Positions 51,112 through 58,521 of a stretch of 64,000 bases of DNA are shown piece by piece (within the stretch, counting starts at the first letter, position 1; the number at the start of each line of letters is the position of its first letter). The translations under genes were made by a program, and so were the position numbers. The DNA lies in the NCBI GenBank assembly GCA_965243205.1, contig CBDEUK010000002.1:1664001-1728000 (forward strand). Direction: 5' to 3'. Under the pieces are notes generated by a model. That model had not been told where the DNA came from, did not search any database, and saw only the letters and a list, made by a program, of their open reading frames with translations. This DNA comes from Gammaproteobacteria bacterium (GTDB lineage Bacteria; Pseudomonadota; Gammaproteobacteria; Eutrophobiales; Eutrophobiaceae).

Positions 51112-51906
51112 TTAAGCAGCTTTGCGACGACCTGCGCCAACTAAACCGATTAATGCAGAACCAAATAACCAAACAGCAGCAGGAACAGGCACTTCTGGAA
51201 CGCCAACGTTAGAGCCGTTGAATGACAGAGTACCGTCACTAGCTAAAGTCCAAGCACCTAACAATACTGATGAAAAACTATCAGCATTAAATGTAGTGCC
51301 GAAAGGAGAAGAGTTAACAGTGCCTGTTTCTGTGTATAGGTAATAAGCTAAAGTATCCCCTAAACCACCTACTAGAGAATTACTGCCAGAAATACCGCCA
51401 GACGCAGTGGTTAAAACATCGAAGCTTGTTCCATCAGCAACAGGTACAACAGACTCACCATTAGCAACACTATCGTGAGTAGCTGTATTGTTGATTAAGT
51501 TATCAACCCAAGCACCTACGGCTGTATTTTGAGTACCAATTTGGCCAAGAGCTGTGATAGCCGGCGCGCCTGTGCCAGAAGTTGATTGAACTCGACGGCC
51601 ATAAGTTGCCGAATCAGTACCAGTACCAGCTTCAACGCTATCCAAAGCCAAAACGTTCCAATATTGAACGTCGCCTAAAAGACCTTGTAAAGCGGTGCTA
51701 GGAGAGAAAGAAAAAACAGAAGAGTCAGTGATAGAACCGAAATCTATACCTAAATCTAATGTATAACTAGAAGTAGTAGTAACAACGTTGAGAATAAGTT
51801 CACTACCGCCAGTGTTATTAACATCACTACCAGGACTTGTAACAGCAGCGTTAGCAAGACCTGAAGCTGCTAATAATGCAGTTGCAGCAAGAGCTTTAAA
51901 TTTCAT
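51112..51906 (-). CDS. VPLPA-CTERM (PEP-CTERM-like) surface protein
   Basis: Signal peptide; C-terminal VPEVPVPAAVWLFGSALIGLVGAGRRKAA; AGGAGG RBS. Confidence 0.9.
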   Translation of the reverse strand: MKFKALAATALLAASGLANAAVTSPGSDVNNTGGSELILNVVTTTSSYTLDLGIDFGSITDSSVFSFSPSTALQGLLGDVQYWNVLALDSVEAGTGTDSATYGRRVQSTSGTGAPAITALGQIGTQNTAVGAWVDNLINNTATHDSVANGESVVPVADGTSFDVLTTASGGISGSNSLVGGLGDTLAYYLYTETGTVNSSPFGTTFNADSFSSVLLGAWTLASDGTLSFNGSNVGVPEVPVPAAVWLFGSALIGLVGAGRRKAA

Positions 51907-51968
51907 GTGAGATCTCCTCCTTCAAAGAGAAAAACAAATTAAAAAATCCATATAAGAACTCCTTCCTT

Positions 51969-52052
51969 GATTTGGCAACCCGGCTATTATGCCCATTTAA
52001 TTTACATAACCCGTGGCTTTCCGTACCTGTGACACAGGTTTGGCTTTATCTT
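51969..52052 (-). ncRNA. Cyclic di-GMP-I (GEMM) riboswitch
   Basis: Minus strand GATAAAGCCAAACCTGTGTCACAGGTACGGAAAGCCACGGG...ATAGCCGGGTTGCCAAATC matches the GEMM-I core. It lies in the 5' UTR of the PEP-CTERM-like gene. Confidence 0.85.
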
Positions 52053-52356
52053 TTCACTTTGTGGTAATTGCTCTAGAATTCTCCTTAAGAAGCCCTTACC
52101 CCATCAAAGCGATGCATAGTTTGCCAAATTTTTATTACTAAAATCTTTAAGGGTTGTTTAAGATTTTATTACATGCAACACAAACGTAATACACCATAGA
52201 ATCACGCTTTAATATCACACTGCTTATTATGCAACTTTTTTGCTTTACTCGTCTTGTGAAAACTTCCCAAAAACCCTATTAAAACATGAGCTAATTCACA
52301 TATTTATCACTGCTTTTTATTCACCCTCAGAAATTCAATAACTAAAAAAAATCAAA

Positions 52357-52385
52357 TTGTTATATTTTCGTAATACTTTTGTCTT
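52357..52385 (+). promoter_or_regulatory. Pho-box-like array (3 units) upstream of the RHH gene
   Basis: TTGTTAT-attt-TCGTAAT-actt-TTGTCTT, with a -10-like TAGATT exactly 10 nt downstream. Confidence 0.6.
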
Positions 52386-52449
52386 AATATTCAGATAGAT
52401 TCTATTAAATACTAGAATTACCTTTCGAATAATATATAGAGAAATCAAT

Positions 52450-52926
52450 GTGTTAGGCAAAGATGCTGAAAACAGCACCAAAGTTACAAAGCGCTCTGTC
52501 TCTTTTCGAGTTGATCAAAGCGATTTTGACAAAATTAAAGCCATTACAAAGCGTATGAGGGTAAGAGAATCGGACTTTTTTCGCTTTGCGATACAAAGCA
52601 CCATAAATAAACTGGCCCTAATTGGAGATGAGGAGCTTAAAGGTACTGATGTGATGCCTGTTTTTGTTGATTGTGGTGCTGAAATAGCCACTTATTTCAA
52701 ATTGGATAGTGCCCGCATCGAGCAAATAATCAATTCCGACCTAGAAGATGAATCAAGAAGAGTCGAGGCTGAAGATATTGGCTTATTAGCGATGGCAGCA
52801 ATGCCAGAACGATACTTAACTAGCCGTCTAAAAAATTTAATTGATAAGCCTATCGAGTCCACTGGAGTAGCAGAAGCGCTAAAAGAGTATTTAAATGAAA
52901 AATACCTTGATGATTTAGACGATTAA
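52450..52926 (+). CDS. Putative ribbon-helix-helix transcriptional regulator
   Basis: RSVSFRV strand followed by helices DFDKIKAITKR and ESDFFRFAI. Confidence 0.6.
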   Translation: MLGKDAENSTKVTKRSVSFRVDQSDFDKIKAITKRMRVRESDFFRFAIQSTINKLALIGDEELKGTDVMPVFVDCGAEIATYFKLDSARIEQIINSDLEDESRRVEAEDIGLLAMAAMPERYLTSRLKNLIDKPIESTGVAEALKEYLNEKYLDDLDD

Positions 52927-54197
52927 ATATCAACCTCAGATTCATCTTCTTCAATCTCTTTTATGCCATTAATTTTTTTAGACATTAGCTCAATCTGACC
53001 ATTAGGGTTTCGTTTCAACCGATAATTAACTGTATATATATTTTCGAAGTATTCAACTTTACCTATCACATCAAAGAAAGAGCTGGATACAGAAAGCCCA
53101 TTGTTGTTGATGTTATATTTTGATAAAACACCAGTGCTACTAAGATCAAAAGAAGCGTCAGGATTTTGAGCTGGAATAAAATTTAAACAATCATTTCTGG
53201 TGATTTCTAAAGAAGCTAGACATTGTTTTTCATATTGATCACTTCTTTGCGAGACATTCCTGCAGGCATTATCCTTAAAAAAATGACTTTCTATTTTAGC
53301 ATCACAAGCTGGATCACCTGTTAATAGCTGATTGTACGGAGCCGCTAATTTAGAGTTAGACCTCGAATTTAAGTTGGAGCCTAGACTTCCATTAGTTGCG
53401 TTACCTGTATTCAATTCATTATTTTCATTTGCGGCTGCAGGGCCTAAGTCTGTTATAACGTTTTGTTGTCTAATTTGAATCAACTCATCAATAGCAGCAC
53501 CATTCATTTGATTTGATAACGAAGCTAGTACTTCTTTTGACGCTGTATTCACATTCACGCCAGTACCAGGCTCCAAAACTGATACGAATGGTTGTAATTG
53601 TTCAAAAGCCCACAATGTAACTCCTTTTACTAATAGAAGTTCATTAACACTTGAAAAAGATTGATTAGCAACTCTGTATGAGACCTCATCTATGGATAAG
53701 TAATAATCATCTTCAGCCCCATTTGGAAATCGAGTATTAGAATCCGCATCAATCCAATCCGCAACGGCATCAGTAAAGTCTGTTGTGATATTTAGTAGAT
53801 ATAGCAATCTACGGAAACGTTCTCGAGCAAGATCACCTTCACTACCAGTTAAACCTAAATTATTTATATTGAATCTGCTTTGAAGATCAACAATCACAGC
53901 ATCAATTTGACCACCGTTGATCTCGACATCAACCAATTGCTGATTCCAGGTGTCTTGGAAACTATCTGCAAGATTATCTTTTATGTCTTGTTTTAAAACA
54001 CCTTCAGCCCACAGGAAAATACCTTCACCATGATTACTAGCTTCATTGTAACGAATAATGTTACTGGCTAGTTCTATTCCGTTAGATTGCTTAACTGCCA
54101 TTGCAACAGCCGCACCTGTGACTATAGCCAACACAACAAGCGCACTGATTAACGCAAAACCTTTGTTATTTTTGATATTAGTTTGATTTATCATCAT
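52923..54197 (-). CDS. gspK: Type II secretion minor pseudopilin K
   Basis: GFALISAL, DLQSRFNINNL, DWIDAD...GAED.YY, VNVNTA. Confidence 0.92.
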   Translation of the reverse strand: MMINQTNIKNNKGFALISALVVLAIVTGAAVAMAVKQSNGIELASNIIRYNEASNHGEGIFLWAEGVLKQDIKDNLADSFQDTWNQQLVDVEINGGQIDAVIVDLQSRFNINNLGLTGSEGDLARERFRRLLYLLNITTDFTDAVADWIDADSNTRFPNGAEDDYYLSIDEVSYRVANQSFSSVNELLLVKGVTLWAFEQLQPFVSVLEPGTGVNVNTASKEVLASLSNQMNGAAIDELIQIRQQNVITDLGPAAANENNELNTGNATNGSLGSNLNSRSNSKLAAPYNQLLTGDPACDAKIESHFFKDNACRNVSQRSDQYEKQCLASLEITRNDCLNFIPAQNPDASFDLSSTGVLSKYNINNNGLSVSSSFFDVIGKVEYFENIYTVNYRLKRNPNGQIELMSKKINGIKEIEEDESEVDI

Positions 54198-54793
54198 GAA
54201 CTGCTTATTAAAAATAAACGTTCTATCTGTTTAGATTGAAGAGAAAAATTCACTTTTACCGCTCTTGGAACAACGCGGTAATCTTGATGACCATTGGGTA
54301 AAGGCCAAAATTCATGTTCTTGATTATTGATAAATGTAAAATCAATATCTTGGATATTTTCAAATAAAACCTGAGAATCTGGCTCTGTATTATGCGCTCT
54401 ATCCAATACAGGCCATACATCTCTGATCAAACTTTCTTCATCAATTCGATATTCAATTCGACGCAAACCACTTGTTTTTTCTTTCAACTGAAAAGGCGAA
54501 CCTAGGTTTGAAGTAATGGCTAATTTGATATCATCATTAGGATTACTAAAAAAACCAGGTTGTTTTGATCCCAGATTGCCTCTAATCGGTCGATCAAGAG
54601 ATTGCTCTAAATCATTTTTAATAACCGAAAAAACCATTTGTAATTGTTGTAATTCGTCCGTTTTAATTTGGACTTGCTCATAATAATCCAAAACTCTATT
54701 CATGCCGCCATAAGTTAAAACTGCCATAACAGCAAACACGGTCAATGCAACCAGTATCTCAATAAGTGTAAAACCCTTATGTCGGATCTGCAT
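54194..54793 (-). CDS. gspJ: Type II secretion minor pseudopilin J
   Basis: GFTLIE prepilin motif, DL.Q...R, W.VLD, PRAV. Confidence 0.9.
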   Translation of the reverse strand: MQIRHKGFTLIEILVALTVFAVMAVLTYGGMNRVLDYYEQVQIKTDELQQLQMVFSVIKNDLEQSLDRPIRGNLGSKQPGFFSNPNDDIKLAITSNLGSPFQLKEKTSGLRRIEYRIDEESLIRDVWPVLDRAHNTEPDSQVLFENIQDIDFTFINNQEHEFWPLPNGHQDYRVVPRAVKVNFSLQSKQIERLFLISSS

Positions 54794-55170
54794 TATTGAG
54801 TTACCTCTGCAGCCCTTAAATAAGAAGCAAGAAATGCTTGTGGATCTTCCATCTTTTTATTCAAAGCGATAGTTAATTCACAAGATAAGACATCTTCATC
54901 AAAAGTCGCTTTTACATCTGCTTGCCAATACCAAGTATTTCCAGCCATTTCATGATCACCTTCCAACTTGCCAGGTATTGTCGACCCTTTGAGTTTGAGT
55001 TCATTCATAACATTTTGGGCAACCCAATTAGCATAAGTTCTCTTTTCAACCTGAAATAAGGTATCAATCGAAGAATTTGTTAAAGACAAAGCGGCGGACA
55101 TACCAATTCCAATAACCGATAAAGCTACTAATATTTCAATGAGACTAAATCCTATATGGTGTTTTTTCAT
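54793..55170 (-). CDS. gspI: Type II secretion minor pseudopilin I
   Basis: GFSLIE, A.WVAQN, W.W. Confidence 0.9.
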   Translation of the reverse strand: MKKHHIGFSLIEILVALSVIGIGMSAALSLTNSSIDTLFQVEKRTYANWVAQNVMNELKLKGSTIPGKLEGDHEMAGNTWYWQADVKATFDEDVLSCELTIALNKKMEDPQAFLASYLRAAEVTQ

Positions 55171-55679
55171 GGATCTGACTCAGCGCTAAATAGTTCTGGA
55201 GGAGTGACTCCTTGCCCAATAATGACTTGAGGATCTTCACCACTTAGAGTCAGCTCTAACTCAAAGGACGTATATGTAGAATCAGGGTAAATGAACAGCT
55301 CGGAAACATCATCGTCGGAAAAAACCCATTCAGTTTCAATCACATTAGATATTACAAAACGACTTTTATCGACTATTGTTGATTCTACCCATTCATCTTG
55401 TTTGTAATAATCATGGGCGATTACTAAACGTGGCTCATCAATCGTAAGTTTAAATGTCTTATTAGAAATGATGGATATATTGCGCAATTGATTGAACCAA
55501 TCTACCAACCGAGTCGCTTCATTTAAAATTCGAGCTTCTTTTGTAGCGGCTCCAATAGAAATACCGACAGCTCCTAAAGCAATACCTATTATGAATAAAA
55601 CGACCAGTATCTCGATTAAAGTAAAGCCTGATTGAATATTTTTATGTAAACGAACCAAATTAAAAGAAGGGAAATCCAC
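55167..55679 (-). CDS. gspH: Type II secretion minor pseudopilin H
   Basis: GFTLIE prepilin motif; position between gspG and gspI. Confidence 0.82.
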   Translation of the reverse strand: MDFPSFNLVRLHKNIQSGFTLIEILVVLFIIGIALGAVGISIGAATKEARILNEATRLVDWFNQLRNISIISNKTFKLTIDEPRLVIAHDYYKQDEWVESTIVDKSRFVISNVIETEWVFSDDDVSELFIYPDSTYTSFELELTLSGEDPQVIIGQGVTPPELFSAESDP

Positions 55680-55691
55680 TTTCAGATAAAT

Positions 55692-56138
55692 TTACTGAAT
55701 GCCCCAGTTACCAATATCGGCATTTACACCTTCTCCGTCAGGCAAACCATCTGCTCCTAGTGAGTATAAATCGTAATCACCATTTGAGCCTGGTTGCAAA
55801 TATTGATAATCATTACCCCAAGGATCTTTAGGTAAGTTATCAATATAACTATCCTGCCATTTCGCACCTGATGGTAAACCGGTTGGTTTCTCGACTAAAG
55901 CTAGCAAACCTTGATCAGTATCGGGATAAGTGAAATTGTCTAAACGATAGAGTTTTAAAGCAGCTTCAAGCGCACGTATATCTTGTTCTGCCCGAACAAT
56001 ACGAGCTTCATCAGGCCTAGACATAACTTTAGGTACAACAACTGCGGCTAAAATCCCTAGGATTACAACCACAACCATTACTTCAATCAGGGTGAAACCT
56101 GTTTGTTTAGGAATGTATTTTATATATTGAATCTTCAT
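55692..56138 (-). CDS. gspG: Type II secretion major pseudopilin G
   Basis: GFTLIE, LY.LDN..YP...QGL.AL, P.DPWG..Y.Y, SLGADG...GEG..ADI. Confidence 0.96.
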   Translation of the reverse strand: MKIQYIKYIPKQTGFTLIEVMVVVVILGILAAVVVPKVMSRPDEARIVRAEQDIRALEAALKLYRLDNFTYPDTDQGLLALVEKPTGLPSGAKWQDSYIDNLPKDPWGNDYQYLQPGSNGDYDLYSLGADGLPDGEGVNADIGNWGIQ

Positions 56139-56147
56139 GACGTTTAT

Positions 56148-56181
56148 ATTTTAAATAGAATTAATTTCAGAAACATGACAA
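56148..56181 (-). promoter_or_regulatory. Pho box and -10 element upstream of gspG
   Basis: TTGTCAT-gttt-CTGAAAT, then exactly 10 nt, then TAAAAT. Confidence 0.72.
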
Positions 56182-56324
56182 TTATAGATTCATTAAGAAT
56201 CTTTTTAGTTCATAAAAACAGAACTATATTATGAAATAGATTACTAATCTGCCAGACTTGTCATAATGTAGTCAAAAACTATCGATAACGTACAACGTAT
56301 TAACCAATTTTAAAACCCAAAATA

Positions 56325-56933
56325 ATGAAACCAACTAAATTACTACTACTCACATGCTTATTCTATTCCTTTATAGCTCATTCAGCTGAATTAATGGGAA
56401 AACTTAATGGCAATATATATACATCCGTCGATAATGTTTTTACAACCCAAATACCTTCTCTAGAAGGTGAATTAAGAGACTTTCCAAATGCGGTCTCAGT
56501 TTACTACATGCTAACTGGCTCACAAGATTCACTAGAGTTTTATCCTGTTCCTGAGCAAGAACAAAAAAAATATCAAGAAAAAGGTCCAGAAGCATACCAT
56601 GCAGAATTCATCCGAAAAGCTTTCATCAAAAGGCGCTATGAAGAGTCTTTCAAATCTATTGATATTTCAATTATTGATGAGCGCTCAGAAACCATTAATA
56701 AAAACTCTCTACATATAATTACAATCGAATTGCCTGGAGGCTCGCAACTTAGCGATAGTAATGGCAGAAGAAAAAATATGTGGGTTGGACTTGGAGCAGT
56801 TATGCAAGGAGAAATGGTTTATGTATATCAGGTTGCCATAACCGACAATGGGAAATCAAATATAGAAGATGTTAAAGGACAAATTACTGAAAAAATTATC
56901 TCATGGGTAGGCAAAACGACTTTTAATGGCTAA
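56325..56933 (+). CDS. Hypothetical exported protein
   Basis: 202-aa ORF with a signal peptide; no recognised motif. Confidence 0.6.
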   Translation: MKPTKLLLLTCLFYSFIAHSAELMGKLNGNIYTSVDNVFTTQIPSLEGELRDFPNAVSVYYMLTGSQDSLEFYPVPEQEQKKYQEKGPEAYHAEFIRKAFIKRRYEESFKSIDISIIDERSETINKNSLHIITIELPGGSQLSDSNGRRKNMWVGLGAVMQGEMVYVYQVAITDNGKSNIEDVKGQITEKIISWVGKTTFNG

Positions 56934-57003
56934 TACATTTTATCTACAAAATAATAAATCTTTCTAAAAACTTGTAGAGTACTTAGATGCTTTTAAAGTA
57001 CTC

Positions 57004-57891
57004 TTGCTTATAATGCAAAAACCTCTATTTTTTCTAATCGTAACATTGTTATTGAGCTATTTAATTGGCTCTATACTTGCCTATCCATTATTTGAATATT
57101 TCAACAATCCACTGGAGCATCCTTTTCATAAATTAGCACGACATTGCACGCTATTATGCGGGTTAATATTTTCTTTTTTACTACTCCGCTTCTTAAAATT
57201 AAACAAAGATAAAGTATTTGGATTTAATATTGGCATTAGAAATTTTCTTAATCAGTTATTAGCAGGCTTTCTCATTGGTATTTTTATTTTAATTATTGTT
57301 GAAAGCTTACTACTACTTTGTTCTATTCATATTTTCGACCAGTCATATAACTTCTCTATAGAAAACATTTTAAAACTAGTATTAAAGGGGCTTATAACAG
57401 GTTTAATTGTTGGGTTACTAGAAGAAATATTATTTCGTGGGACAATTTATAAATCGATTGAGAAAGATTATTCAGCTATAACAGTCATCATAATAACCGC
57501 CCTCATATATTCTGCGGTGCATTTTATTAAGTACCCAGTTGTAAACGATACTACGAATATAACTTGGCTAACTGGCCCAACGCTTTTACCTGAAGCCTTT
57601 GCATCTTTATTCACTCTTGAAATTTGGGATACATTTTTAACATTATTTTTACTTGGTATTTTACTTGCAATCTTTCGAGCAAGGTATTCTACAATTGCTT
57701 ATTGCATTGGCATCCATGCTGGAATAGTGATGATGCTTAAAGTTTCTAGAAAGCTAACAAATTATAACCCTGAAACGCAGTTAGAATTTCTAGTAAACAA
57801 TACTGATCGTCAAATGGGAATTTTGGCTGCGATGGTGCTAGGGAGTTTTTGTATTTATTTCTATTACATATTGTTAGTAAAGAACAAATAA
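57004..57891 (+). CDS. CPBP (Abi/CAAX) family intramembrane glutamic endopeptidase
   Basis: Multi-TM; EEILFRG, YSAVH and IGIHAG motifs. Confidence 0.88.
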   Translation: MLIMQKPLFFLIVTLLLSYLIGSILAYPLFEYFNNPLEHPFHKLARHCTLLCGLIFSFLLLRFLKLNKDKVFGFNIGIRNFLNQLLAGFLIGIFILIIVESLLLLCSIHIFDQSYNFSIENILKLVLKGLITGLIVGLLEEILFRGTIYKSIEKDYSAITVIIITALIYSAVHFIKYPVVNDTTNITWLTGPTLLPEAFASLFTLEIWDTFLTLFLLGILLAIFRARYSTIAYCIGIHAGIVMMLKVSRKLTNYNPETQLEFLVNNTDRQMGILAAMVLGSFCIYFYYILLVKNK

Positions 57892-57897
57892 AACCAT

Positions 57898-58329
57898 TTA
57901 ATGGTATTCTTCCATCGTGTGCATTATGTAACGATCTAATATTTCCGAAGCCGATGGCTCTATATGTTCAAACAACAAACCAAATGAAACAGATACACCA
58001 TCTAAACTTACAACGTAATAAATTTTACACTCAGCTTCGATTTTTTTTATTTCGCCTTCAATCTCTAATTCAAAAGAACCCTTAAGCCTAGGTGGCTGCT
58101 GATCAGCCACACTGGCTTCTCGCGGCAAAATTATTTTTGCAGTTTCTTTGTCGCAATTTATTTGTGCACCATCCATAGAAATATTAACCATGTTTGCTTT
58201 ACAAAACTCTCCGTTTGCAAGCTCTATTATCATGATCGAATTTGATTCAACGCGCGGATATTTACGGCGCCCTTCATAGATTTCATCCATAGACAGTGAC
58301 ATTACCTCGTTTAAATTATGATTAGCCAT
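57898..58329 (-). CDS. PilZ-domain c-di-GMP receptor
   Basis: RRKYPR and NISMDG motifs. Confidence 0.85.
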   Translation of the reverse strand: MANHNLNEVMSLSMDEIYEGRRKYPRVESNSIMIIELANGEFCKANMVNISMDGAQINCDKETAKIILPREASVADQQPPRLKGSFELEIEGEIKKIEAECKIYYVVSLDGVSVSFGLLFEHIEPSASEILDRYIMHTMEEYH

Positions 58330-58521
58330 TTGTGTTCAAGACTCAATAAAAAATGATATCTCATAGTGTAGAAAAGCTAATCTGATCAAATCGACTTAAA
58401 TTAAATATAGTGAACTAGTCATCATAATCTCAAGGTAAATATTTGAAGTATTTCACATTCATTTAAAAATTCTCTAAGCCTTGCCGATAGTTATCTTGAG
58501 ATTGAAAAAATTCGAAATCGA

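Noticed and set aside
52112-52128. TTGGCAAACTATGCA as a sigma54 promoter for the PEP-CTERM-like gene
   Set aside because: GG-to-GC spacing is 8 nt rather than the required 10.
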